DNA from: Burkholderiales bacterium
GTDB taxonomy: Bacteria; Pseudomonadota; Gammaproteobacteria; Burkholderiales; SG8-39
Assembly (NCBI GenBank): GCA_036406675.1
Contig: DASXAO010000138.1
Span: 6,851-70,850 of the forward strand
Direction: 5' to 3'
Length of the DNA: 64,000 bases
Below the pieces are notes generated by a model, which saw nothing but the letters and a program-made list of their open reading frames with translations, was not told the origin of the DNA and ran no database searches. The position numbers and the translations under genes were made by a program. Positions 21,463 through 29,769 of the stretch are shown piece after piece; the stretch's first letter is position 1, and every line of letters begins with the position of its first letter.

Positions 21463-22368
21463 ATGAGCGAACTTCCCTTTGCCCGGCCGCCGAATTTCGA
21501 GCACTGCGTCGCCTGCGCAACGCCCGGCGAAGCGCATTGGTTTGTCTTCCGCGGCGACCAGATCCTCGTGGAGATGGGCCCGCTGGAGGTGCCCTCCGAC
21601 GACTTGCGCGTGCGCGCTCGCCCGGCGTGGGCGCGCCTTCCGTTGCAGAAAAGCCACGACTGGCTGGCCGGCAGGGCGCTTCGCACGCTGTATCTCGGCG
21701 TGCTGAATGGCACGCAATGCTGGGCCGCCGAGCTGCCCAGAGAAGCCGAGCCGCCCGCCGGGATGTCGTGGGAGGGCCTGAGGACGCTCTTCAGCGTGCT
21801 CGACGACGCGCATTTCGCCCTCGCCGGCCGGGCGCTGCAGCTCGTGGACTGGGACCGCACGCACCAGTTCTGCGGTCGCTGCGGCGCGCGCACCGAGCCG
21901 CATCCCGAGGAGCGCGTGCGGGTCTGCCCTGCCTGCAAGCTCTCGGCCTACCCGAGAGTGGCACCGGCAGTTATGGCGCTGGTCTGGCGCGGCTCGGAGA
22001 TCCTGCTCGCCCGCAGCCCGCACTTCCCGCCCGGCATGTACAGCGCGCTCGCCGGCTTCGTCGAGCCCGGCGAGTCGCTCGAGCAGTGCATCGCTCGCGA
22101 GGTGGCCGAGGAGGTCGCAGTGCAGGTGGCGCGACCGCGGTACGTGGCGAGCCAATCGTGGCCGTTTCCACATTCGATGATGATCGCGTTCGCGTGCGAG
22201 TGGGTGAGCGGCGAGATTCGTCGGCAGGAGTCGGAAATCGAGGAAGCAAAGTGGTTCGAAGTCTTGCAATTACCGAGACTTCCAAGCAAAATCTCGATCG
22301 CTCGAAGATTGATCGACAGTGAGGTTGCACGAATGATCGAGCAGAGCAAAGGCACAACCGGCGTTTAG
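21463..22368 (+). CDS. nudC: NAD(+) diphosphatase (NADH pyrophosphatase)
   Basis: 301 aa from the ATG at 21463. It has a zinc ribbon (CGRCG...CPAC) and a Nudix box ([23 protein letters not shown]). Confidence 0.85.
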   Translation: MSELPFARPPNFEHCVACATPGEAHWFVFRGDQILVEMGPLEVPSDDLRVRARPAWARLPLQKSHDWLAGRALRTLYLGVLNGTQCWAAELPREAEPPAGMSWEGLRTLFSVLDDAHFALAGRALQLVDWDRTHQFCGRCGARTEPHPEERVRVCPACKLSAYPRVAPAVMALVWRGSEILLARSPHFPPGMYSALAGFVEPGESLEQCIAREVAEEVAVQVARPRYVASQSWPFPHSMMIAFACEWVSGEIRRQESEIEEAKWFEVLQLPRLPSKISIARRLIDSEVARMIEQSKGTTGV

Positions 22369-22481
22369 GAGGTTTTGAACGAGTTGAGCGCGATCGAGAG
22401 CGCTGTGTGCGCCGCAAGGCGCGGATCGAAGGCGAGGCTCCCTACGCGGGCTTCGCCTTCGCATTTTGGAGGGCATGGGAA

Positions 22482-23741
22482 ATGAACGGTCTGCATCTCA
22501 TCGGTGACCTCACCGGCTGCCGCTGCGATCCGCAGCTCCTTCTGGACGGAGAGCGCTTTCGCGCCAAATGCCTCGAGATGGTGGCCGCGTCCGGCCTCAC
22601 GACCATGGACGCGACGTTCCACCAGTTCGAGGGCTCCGGCTTCACCGGCACGGTAGTGCTGGCCGAATCCCACCTCGCGATCCATACCTGGCCCGAGCGC
22701 CAGGGGCTCACGCTCGACGTCTACGTCTGCAACTACAGCGCCGACAACTCGCTCAAGGCGCGGCGGCTGTTCCAGCAGCTGGTGGACTATTTCCAGCCGA
22801 CCGAGCTGGCGAAGCACGAGGTCGAGCGCGGCGTGCACCTGCTGATGGAGCCGCTGAACGCCTCCACCGGCTTCTACATCCGGGCGGACCGCCAGCTCGG
22901 CGAGTGGCAGACGCGCTTCCAGAAGATGCAGATCTACGACACGCCGCACTACGGAAAGCTCTTCCGCCTCGACGGGTTCAACATGACCTCCGAGAAGGAG
23001 GAGTTCGTCTACCACGAGAACCTCGTCCACCCGGCGCTCACGGCGCACGCGGCGCCGAAGAAGGTCCTGATCATCGGCGGCGGCGACGGCGGCTCTTCCG
23101 AGGAGGCGCTCAAGCACCCCTCGGTGGAGAGCTTGACGATGGTCGAGATCGACGCCGACGTGATCGCGGTGGCGAAAGAGCACTTCCACGCCGTGCACAA
23201 CGGGGTGTTCGACAACCCGAAGCTGCGGGTCCTGGTGGACGACGGCATGAAGTTCGTGCGCGAGACGCAGGAGCGCTTCGATTGCATCGCGCTCGACCTT
23301 AACGACCCGGTCGGTCCTGCGGCGGCGCTCTACTCGCTCGAGTTCTTCCAGCAGCTTCGCACCGCGCTCGCGCCGGGCGGCGCGCTCACGCTGCATCTCG
23401 GCTCGCCCGTGGCGCAGCCGCAGCGCGTGGCCGACCTCGCCCAGCGCCTGAACAGCGTGTTCCGCATCGTGCGCGTCTACACCATGTACATCCCGCTGTA
23501 CGGATCGCTCTGGTCCATGGCGGTGTGCTCCGACAAGCTCGACCCGAAGGCTTTCACCGCGGACGAGATCGACCGGCGCATCGAGCAGAGGAAGCTGCAG
23601 GAGCTGCGCTTCTACAACGGCGAGACTCACGAGGGCGTGTTCGCGCTGCCGAACTACGTCCGGGAGCTGGTGATCCCGGCGCGCCTGAAACAGCCGGCCC
23701 GCGGCCGCCGGCTGGGGGTCGTCAGAGCCGCGGCGAAGTAG
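22482..23741 (+). CDS. fused S-adenosylmethionine decarboxylase proenzyme (SpeH type) / spermidine synthase (SpeE)
   Basis: The ATG at 22482 is preceded by GGAGGG and gives 419 aa. The N-terminal ~115 aa carry the pyruvoyl self-processing motif VVLAESHLAIHTWPE. The remainder carries SpeE motifs (YHENLVHP, LIIGGGDGG, DLNDPVGPA). Confidence 0.85.
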   Translation: MNGLHLIGDLTGCRCDPQLLLDGERFRAKCLEMVAASGLTTMDATFHQFEGSGFTGTVVLAESHLAIHTWPERQGLTLDVYVCNYSADNSLKARRLFQQLVDYFQPTELAKHEVERGVHLLMEPLNASTGFYIRADRQLGEWQTRFQKMQIYDTPHYGKLFRLDGFNMTSEKEEFVYHENLVHPALTAHAAPKKVLIIGGGDGGSSEEALKHPSVESLTMVEIDADVIAVAKEHFHAVHNGVFDNPKLRVLVDDGMKFVRETQERFDCIALDLNDPVGPAAALYSLEFFQQLRTALAPGGALTLHLGSPVAQPQRVADLAQRLNSVFRIVRVYTMYIPLYGSLWSMAVCSDKLDPKAFTADEIDRRIEQRKLQELRFYNGETHEGVFALPNYVRELVIPARLKQPARGRRLGVVRAAAK

Positions 23742-23762
23742 TCCGAAGAAAAGAGAGACCGC

Positions 23763-23792
23763 GAGGGGGGCTACGGCCCCCTTCTTGTTTTT
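23763..23792 (+). terminator. Rho-independent terminator candidate after the speH-speE fusion gene
   Basis: GC stem GGGGGC / GCCCCC around loop TACG (extendable by GAG/CTT), followed by TTGTTTTT. It begins 21 nt after the stop codon. Confidence 0.55.
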
Positions 23793-23861
23793 GGGCTGCG
23801 GCCCGCTTTCCGCCGCCATTGATCACCGGCAGGCCTTCTTTCCGGCGCCGGCTCGCCAGCA

Positions 23862-25223
23862 TTGGCGTGCCCAATGGGCGGCATGATGGGGACCATCCGC
23901 ACCGGCATTTTCCATCGCGCACTCGGCGGTGCGGGGCTGGCGGCGGGCGTCGCCTACGGCGTCCAGATTCTCTGGCAGTGGGGCGAGATACGACCCTTCA
24001 CCGGGCTCGGCTGGCATCGCGAGCATCTCGTCACCGCTGGCGCCCTGGCTGGCGCCGGTGCGGTGATGCTGCTCACGGCACGTGGTCGAAGCCCTCTGGC
24101 CCGCATGGCGTCGGCGCTCTTCCTCACGCTCGTGGCGTTCGGTGCCTACCACCGGCATTTCTCGTACACCGGAGCGCTGTTCGCCGCTCTGGGCGCGCTG
24201 GACGGCTTCCTTCTGGCGTGGGCGGCGCGCCCGGCTCGGCGGGCGCTGGCGGTGGCCTTCGCGCTGCTTGGCGCCGGCCATCTCGCGCTCCTCGGCCTCG
24301 GCGTCGCGTCGCGGCCCCCGGCGCTCGCGCAGCCCAAGCCGCCGCCGGGAGCACGTGCCGTCCCCGATTCGGACGGCTTCGAGCGCTTCCGCCGCGAAAG
24401 CTACGTCGCCTCGGGCGTCGCGCCGAAGCGGTACTTCGGCTTTTTCGACGAGACCGGCGACACCGCCGCTCACGAGACGGTGCTGCGGCGCGCCGTGATC
24501 GACGGCGTGCGTGTCGCGAATGAGTTCGCTGCGGCCAACGGCCTCAAGGTCCGCATCACCGAGCAGGAGGTCGCGATCACGTTCCTGGCCGAGGGCGGGG
24601 CACTAATGCTCACTTCGATGACCGATGGCCTCGACCGGGTCCACCCGGTCTACGGAATCGGCCTGGACAACTACCGGGAGGGCCTCGACGACTATCCCTC
24701 GCTCGCGGCCTCGCTCGACCAGGCGCTCGGGTCGCGATTGGAGCGGCTGACGCTCGATCTCGGTGGCCGGCGGATTCTTCTGCGGCCGATGACTTTCCGC
24801 GAAGCCATCGCCGGGACGATTCTCATGTACCTGCACCAGAAGGCGCGGACCGATCGGCTGCTCGCCGCGGCCGGTCGGCCGGCGCTCTCGACGATGTCGC
24901 TTCCCGCCCAGTTCGTGACGGCATCGCTCGTCTACAACTCGGGCATCCTCTTCGCCACCGAGCGGATTGACGACATTCTGACGTTCCGGACCGGCCCCTA
25001 CCTCGACGAGGTGAATCGGCTCAACGCGGGCAAACGCCCGCGCCTCCCCGTCTATCCCCCTGCCGAGGCGACGGCGCGGCTCGACGGGGGCGAGCCGTAC
25101 CCGCGCCAGCTGACGTCGTGGAATGCGGTCTACCACGTCCTTCAGCGCTACGGCGCGTGGGTCGGCGCTTCGCGGTTCGCGATGGTGTTCGACGCCGACG
25201 GCGCGTTCCGCGAGCGGCGGTAA
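23862..25223 (+). CDS. hypothetical membrane protein (about 5 N-terminal TM helices plus a ~280 aa domain of unknown function)
   Basis: 453 aa ORF (TTG at 23862; ATG alternatives at 23874, 23883 and 23886). It has coding-like composition and hydrophobic helices in the first ~165 aa. I recognise no domain in the C-terminal part. Confidence 0.55.
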   Translation: MACPMGGMMGTIRTGIFHRALGGAGLAAGVAYGVQILWQWGEIRPFTGLGWHREHLVTAGALAGAGAVMLLTARGRSPLARMASALFLTLVAFGAYHRHFSYTGALFAALGALDGFLLAWAARPARRALAVAFALLGAGHLALLGLGVASRPPALAQPKPPPGARAVPDSDGFERFRRESYVASGVAPKRYFGFFDETGDTAAHETVLRRAVIDGVRVANEFAAANGLKVRITEQEVAITFLAEGGALMLTSMTDGLDRVHPVYGIGLDNYREGLDDYPSLAASLDQALGSRLERLTLDLGGRRILLRPMTFREAIAGTILMYLHQKARTDRLLAAAGRPALSTMSLPAQFVTASLVYNSGILFATERIDDILTFRTGPYLDEVNRLNAGKRPRLPVYPPAEATARLDGGEPYPRQLTSWNAVYHVLQRYGAWVGASRFAMVFDADGAFRERR

Positions 25224-25229
25224 GCGGGC

Positions 25230-26120
25230 CTATCTTGCGGCGTACATCGGCCGGCCTTCGTTGAGCTCGATCCAGCCGCGGACGATGCGGTAGACGAACC
25301 ACGCCCCCGAGCCGATGAGGATGAATATGCCCACCAGTACGACCGCGGTGGCGATGCCGAGCACGCACCAGGCCAGCGACCACCAAAACGTTCGGATCTG
25401 CCAGGTGAAGTGCGATTCGAGCCAGGTCCCGGCGGCCTGCTCGCGCCTGAGATAGTTAACGATCACTCCTGCGAACAGCGTCACGCCGACCAGCATCGAC
25501 GCCGCCTGGAGGCCGTAAACCAGCCCCGCCAGCCTGCGCAGCGAGGCTTGTGCGTGCTCGCTCGACGCGGCAGCGCCCGGCGCAGCCACGGTGCGCAGGA
25601 ATCCGTAAAGACCGATCGCCATGGCGGAGCAGAACCCAAGGACCAGGATGAGAAGCAGCTCGCCGACGAGCTTCATGATCGGCCAGGTGCGGTTGGGCCC
25701 GACTGCCATGACCCGAGGCTCCTTGAGCCCTTCGACTGCGACGCGGTACACGCCGCTCGACGAGGCGGCGAAGTGCGCTACCGAGACGCTGCGCTCCTCG
25801 CCCGATTCGGAGCTCATTCCGGACTGCGTCTGGACCGCGACCGGGCTGCCGTCGGGCGCCCGAACGCGGTAGCGCGTTCCGTCGGGCATCGTCGCCTCGA
25901 CGTTGAACCCGCGGCCCTGATAGACGGTTCGATGCTCGTGCCAGAGGACCTGATCGCCCGGCACGGCGACGGAGACCTGCGCCTCGCCGGGCGCGAGAAA
26001 CCGCATTGCGGGCTCGAATCCGGCGACGAAACGCCAGACCAGGATGCCGCCAAGCACGAGGCCTGCGAGAAACACCGAGCCGGCGAGCGCGTACCAGCCG
26101 AGTCCCGGGATGCGGGGCAC
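25230..26120 (-). CDS. hypothetical polytopic membrane protein (C-terminal COG3671/DUF4870-like segment)
   Basis: 296 aa with a GTG start and GAGG 9 nt upstream. It has an N-terminal TM helix, a beta-rich ~110 aa segment, then 4-5 TM helices. The motif SHFTWQIRTFWW recalls the DUF4870 family (from memory). Confidence 0.6.
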   Translation of the reverse strand: MPRIPGLGWYALAGSVFLAGLVLGGILVWRFVAGFEPAMRFLAPGEAQVSVAVPGDQVLWHEHRTVYQGRGFNVEATMPDGTRYRVRAPDGSPVAVQTQSGMSSESGEERSVSVAHFAASSSGVYRVAVEGLKEPRVMAVGPNRTWPIMKLVGELLLILVLGFCSAMAIGLYGFLRTVAAPGAAASSEHAQASLRRLAGLVYGLQAASMLVGVTLFAGVIVNYLRREQAAGTWLESHFTWQIRTFWWSLAWCVLGIATAVVLVGIFILIGSGAWFVYRIVRGWIELNEGRPMYAAR

Positions 26121-26129
26121 TGCGCTACC

Positions 26130-27356
26130 TCAACGGGTATAGCGCTTGAGGAGCGCGACCATTTCGCCGTTGCCGCGCTGTTCTGCGACCCGGACGGCGG
26201 GACTTGGACTGGCGCCGCCGCGGAGCAAAGCCTCGGCGGTCGGCACGTCGTCCTGAGCGGTCGCGACCACGAGCGGCGTGCGGCCGCGGCTGTCGGGCTT
26301 GTCGACCCACTTGCCGAGCTTCAGCAGCTCGGTCACTGCGCGGGCATCCCGGGCGACCACTGCGGTCATGAGGTCGTTGTACTTCAGTCCTGCCCCTGCC
26401 ATGAAGTCCGAAGTGGTGGCCGCTGGGGGCTTCGCCGCCATCCGCACGACAGCCGGCGCGGGCGCCTGCTTCTGCTTCGCCGCCATCGCCACTTTCGGCT
26501 TCACCGGTTCCCTTACCGGCTCAGGCACCGTTTTCACGGGCTCGCTCACCGTCTTCGCGGGCTCGGCTACCGGCTTCTGGGGCTCGGTCACGACTTTCGC
26601 AGGCTCTGGCGACGCGGCCGGCGCGGGCTGCGCGAGCGCGACCGCCGCAGGCTTGGCCGCAGCGGTTTGGGTCTGTGCTTTTGCTGGTGTGGGCGCGGTT
26701 GCCACCGGGGTGGGCGCAGGCGCCCTGGCGGCTGGTGCTACGGTGGAAGTTTTCGGCGCGACCTTCATCGCCGGCGCCGCAGGGCGCGGCACCTGGTGCA
26801 TCGGGTCGTACTGAGAGACGGTGTCCGTGGCCATCTTCTCCATTCCCGCCATGACCGAGGGGTCGAGCAGCATCGGAGCCACGAAAACCGGCGTTGCAAA
26901 GCCGGCCAACACGACGAGAGCCGCGGGAAACACGCGCGACACGCCCTCGCGCGCCACATAGGTCGCCGCCATCAGGTCGTGAAGCGCTTGCTTGCGCGGC
27001 GTAACGGCGGCAATGACATAGCCCAGCATGAAGACCGCGCTCGAGAAGATCTTCGCGATCTCGCGCCAGAGCGCCCGCGGGAAGGCGACGCGGCGACCGT
27101 CGAAGCGCGAGACGCGCAGGCCGAGAATCGCCTTGCCGAAGGTCGCGCCCAGCCGCGACGCGTGCAACACCGGCCAGTAGAGAAACCCGAGGACCCAGAT
27201 TGCGATCGCGGCCAGCGCCAGGTCGCCCGGCGCGAGCGCCATGGCGGCGCCCACCAGGAGCGCGCTGGAAATGAAGAAAACGATGGCGGAGTCGGCGAGG
27301 AAAGCGAGAAACCGGACCCAGAACCCGCCGTACTGCGTACCCGTTGGCTCGGACAT
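26130..27356 (-). CDS. RDD domain membrane protein with Pro/Ala-rich linker and C-terminal ankyrin repeats
   Basis: 408 aa. The N-terminus (GGFWVRFLAFLADSAIV...TFGKAILGLRV...KQALHDLMAATYV) is RDD-like. Residues ~190-315 are a low-complexity P/A/K/E linker. The C-terminus (DSRGRTPLVVATAQDDVPTAEALLRGGASP) is ankyrin-like. Confidence 0.7.
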   Translation of the reverse strand: MSEPTGTQYGGFWVRFLAFLADSAIVFFISSALLVGAAMALAPGDLALAAIAIWVLGFLYWPVLHASRLGATFGKAILGLRVSRFDGRRVAFPRALWREIAKIFSSAVFMLGYVIAAVTPRKQALHDLMAATYVAREGVSRVFPAALVVLAGFATPVFVAPMLLDPSVMAGMEKMATDTVSQYDPMHQVPRPAAPAMKVAPKTSTVAPAARAPAPTPVATAPTPAKAQTQTAAAKPAAVALAQPAPAASPEPAKVVTEPQKPVAEPAKTVSEPVKTVPEPVREPVKPKVAMAAKQKQAPAPAVVRMAAKPPAATTSDFMAGAGLKYNDLMTAVVARDARAVTELLKLGKWVDKPDSRGRTPLVVATAQDDVPTAEALLRGGASPSPAVRVAEQRGNGEMVALLKRYTR

Positions 27357-27458
27357 TGTTGTTTTGACCTCCGAGCACAGCGTATGCTGGGTGTGCCAAT
27401 AGAATCAAGGCACTATTTACGCCCTGCGGTTACCTTAGGCCACCGTCGGGTTACCTTT

Positions 27459-28799
27459 TCAAGCCGCGGCGGGGATAACCTCGCGCAGCGTTTGGAACAA
27501 CCGATCGATCTGCGGCTTCTCGACGATGAGGGGCGGGGAGAGCGCGATGATGTCGCCGGTCACCCGGATTAGAACCCCCGACTCGAAAGCTTTCACGAAC
27601 GCCTCGTGGGCGCGCCGGCCGGGCGCCTCGGCCCGGGGCTCGAGCTCGACCGCCGCAACCAGGCCGCAGTTGCGGACGTCGATCACGTGCCGCGTGCCCT
27701 TGAGCGAATGCGCCGCGTCCTCCCAGTACTTCTCGAGCGACTGGGCGCGAGTGAGGAGGCTCTCTTCCGCGTACGTTTCGAGCGTGCCGATGCCCGCAGC
27801 GCAGGCGAGCGGATGGCCCGAATAGGTGTAGCCGTGGAAGAGCTCGATGCTCGACAAGGAAGATTCGGGCCCCTGCATGAAGGCCTCGTACAGCGACTCC
27901 TTGAGGAACACGGCGCCCATCGGCACCGTGCCGTTGGTCAGGCCCTTCGCCGTGGTGAAGAGGTCCGGCATGACGCCGAAGCGCTGCGAAGCGAAGGGAT
28001 GGCCCAGGCGTCCGAACCCGGTGATCACCTCATCGAAAATGAGCAGGATGCCGTGCCGCGTGCAGATCTCCCGCAGGCGCTCGAGATAGCCTTTCGGCGG
28101 CACCAGCACGCCGGCCGATCCGGCCACGGGCTCGACGATCACCGCCGCGATCGTCGAAGGATCATGCAGCACGCAGAGCCGTTCCAGCTCGTCTGCGAAC
28201 TCCGCACCCCTTTCCGGTTGCCCCTTGGAGAACGCATTTCGCTCGAGGTCGTGCGTGTGGCGGATATGGTCTACGCCCGCGACGCCGGGGCCGAACGTCT
28301 TCTTGTTTGCCGGCAGCCCGCCGACCGCCATGCCGCCGAAATTCACGCCGTGATAGCCGCGCTCGCGGCCGATCAGACGGAAGCGCTGGCCTTCGCCGCG
28401 CGCGCGGTGGTACGCGAGCGCGATCTTGAGCGCGGTGTCGACCGATTCCGAGCCGGAGTTGGTGAAAAACACGCGCGAGAAGCCCTCGGGCGCGATGCGC
28501 GCGAGCCTCTCGGCGAATTCGAACACCATCGGGTGGCCCATCTGGAACGTGGGCGCGAAGTCCATCGTCGCGACCTGGCGCTTGACCGCTTCGACGATCT
28601 TCGGCCGGCAATGTCCGGCGTTGACGCACCAGAGCCCCGCCGTGCCGTCGAGCACCTGGCGCCCTTCGGGCGTCCAGTAATACATGCCCTCGGCGCGCGC
28701 AAGCAGCCGCGGCGCCTTCTTGAATTGGCGATTCGCAGTGAACGGCATCCAGAACGCCGACTGCTCGAGGTCCGAACCGAATTCCGCGCGCTTGTTCAT
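27459..28799 (-). CDS. class III (omega) aminotransferase, beta-alanine/pyruvate transaminase-like
   Basis: 446 aa with the PLP-lysine context DLFTTAKGLTNG and an overall aspartate aminotransferase fold type I class III pattern. Confidence 0.88.
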   Translation of the reverse strand: MNKRAEFGSDLEQSAFWMPFTANRQFKKAPRLLARAEGMYYWTPEGRQVLDGTAGLWCVNAGHCRPKIVEAVKRQVATMDFAPTFQMGHPMVFEFAERLARIAPEGFSRVFFTNSGSESVDTALKIALAYHRARGEGQRFRLIGRERGYHGVNFGGMAVGGLPANKKTFGPGVAGVDHIRHTHDLERNAFSKGQPERGAEFADELERLCVLHDPSTIAAVIVEPVAGSAGVLVPPKGYLERLREICTRHGILLIFDEVITGFGRLGHPFASQRFGVMPDLFTTAKGLTNGTVPMGAVFLKESLYEAFMQGPESSLSSIELFHGYTYSGHPLACAAGIGTLETYAEESLLTRAQSLEKYWEDAAHSLKGTRHVIDVRNCGLVAAVELEPRAEAPGRRAHEAFVKAFESGVLIRVTGDIIALSPPLIVEKPQIDRLFQTLREVIPAAA

Positions 28800-28830
28800 G
28801 AGGACACATTACACCGCAGTGCGGTGCACT

Positions 28831-28922
28831 AAAAAGGGGTCAGAGGAATTTTCCTGTAACACACACGCGGCGCGCATACGTGCGCGTGCAAGTGTTACAG
28901 GAAAATTCCTCTGACCCCTTTT
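28831..28922. repeat. family-1 palindromic element, copy 1 (31-bp perfect inverted arms)
   Basis: Left arm 28832-28862 (AAAAGGGGTCAGAGGAATTTTCCTGTAACAC) is the exact reverse complement of right arm 28892-28922. A GC-rich 29-nt spacer with its own CACGCG/CGCGTG pairing separates them. A second copy lies at 52345-52437. Confidence 0.85.
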
Positions 28923-29769
28923 ATCCCTGGTAGGCGACGACGCGCTGCTTCTGCACGCCCAGGTGCTGGATGCTGAGCGTCATGACGTCGCCCGCCTTGA
29001 GAAACACCGGCGTCGGCTTGATGCCCAGGCCCACGCCCGGCGGCGTGCCGGTGGCGATGATGTCGCCGGGCAGCAGCGTCATGTACTGGCTCACGTGCGC
29101 GATGATTTTCGCCACGCCGAAGATCATGGTGCGCGTGTTGCCGGTCTGCATGCGCTGGCCGTTCACCTCGAGCGACATGTCGAGGCTCTGCGGGTCGGGA
29201 ACCTCGTCGGTGGTGACGAGCCAGGGGCCGATCGGGCCGGCGGTGTCGAAGCCCTTGCCCTTGTCCCACTGGCTGGTGGCCATCTGGAACGAGCGCTCCG
29301 AGACGTCGTTGACGATGCAGTAGCCGGCGACGTGGCTGAGCGCCTCGGCCTCGCTCACATACTTCGCGGTGGTGCCGATGACCACGCCGAGCTCCACTTC
29401 CCAGTCGAGCTTGGTCGAGCCCCGGGGCTGGATCACGTCGTCGCTCGGCCCGCTGATGCAGGTGGTCGCCTTCATGAACACGATCGGCTCAGAAGGGATC
29501 GGCATGCCGGCTTCTTTGGCATGGTCGGAATAGTTGAGGCCGATCGCGACAAACTTGCCGATGCCGACGTAGGGCACGCCGAAGCGCGGGGTGGCGTTCA
29601 CGAGCGGCAGCGTTTCCGGCTTGAGGCGCGACAGGGTCTTCAGCTGGCGCGGCGAGATCTCGTTCGGGCCGATGTTGTCGATCACCTTGGAGAGGTCGCG
29701 CAGGCGGCCTTCGCCGTCGATCACGCCCGGCTTCTCGTAGCCAGGCTTGCCATACCGGCACAGCTTCAT
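28921..29769 (-). CDS. fumarylacetoacetate hydrolase (FAH) family protein
   Basis: 282 aa with typical FAH-family sequence (GLNYSDHAKE...VELGVVIG...NDVSERS...GTPPGVG). ATGA overlap with the upstream SDR gene. Confidence 0.88.
   Translation of the reverse strand: MKLCRYGKPGYEKPGVIDGEGRLRDLSKVIDNIGPNEISPRQLKTLSRLKPETLPLVNATPRFGVPYVGIGKFVAIGLNYSDHAKEAGMPIPSEPIVFMKATTCISGPSDDVIQPRGSTKLDWEVELGVVIGTTAKYVSEAEALSHVAGYCIVNDVSERSFQMATSQWDKGKGFDTAGPIGPWLVTTDEVPDPQSLDMSLEVNGQRMQTGNTRTMIFGVAKIIAHVSQYMTLLPGDIIATGTPPGVGLGIKPTPVFLKAGDVMTLSIQHLGVQKQRVVAYQG

Noticed and set aside
19428-22322. 964 aa plus-strand ORF opposite tkt and running into nudC
   Set aside because: This is the antisense frame of transketolase, with Arg/Gly/Val-rich nonsense composition. 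Only its distal region coincides with the nudC locus, and nudC is read in a different frame (21463..22368).
22365-23819. 484 aa minus-strand ORF antisense to the speH-speE fusion
   Set aside because: It has no recognisable domains and shows shadow-frame composition (runs of R, V, L, E, H). The plus-strand frame carries clear AdoMetDC and SpeE motifs.
26411-26789. Repetitive Pro/Ala-rich DNA as a possible CRISPR-like or VNTR array
   Set aside because: The repeats are short, degenerate and in frame within a continuous ORF linking RDD and ankyrin domains. There is no repeat-spacer architecture and there are no cas genes.
25410-27572. 720 aa plus-strand ORF across the two minus-strand membrane protein genes
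   Set aside because: The Arg/Gly/His-rich translation lacks hydrophobic or domain structure. The opposite-strand frames give coherent membrane, RDD and ankyrin proteins.
28831-28922. Interpreting family-1 elements as MITEs or IS remnants
   Set aside because: I could not identify target-site duplications. No transposase, RAYT or integrase gene lies anywhere in the window. The A-tract/stem/T-tract layout also fits a structural terminator-type repeat. The question stays open and is reported as a finding rather than called a mobile element.
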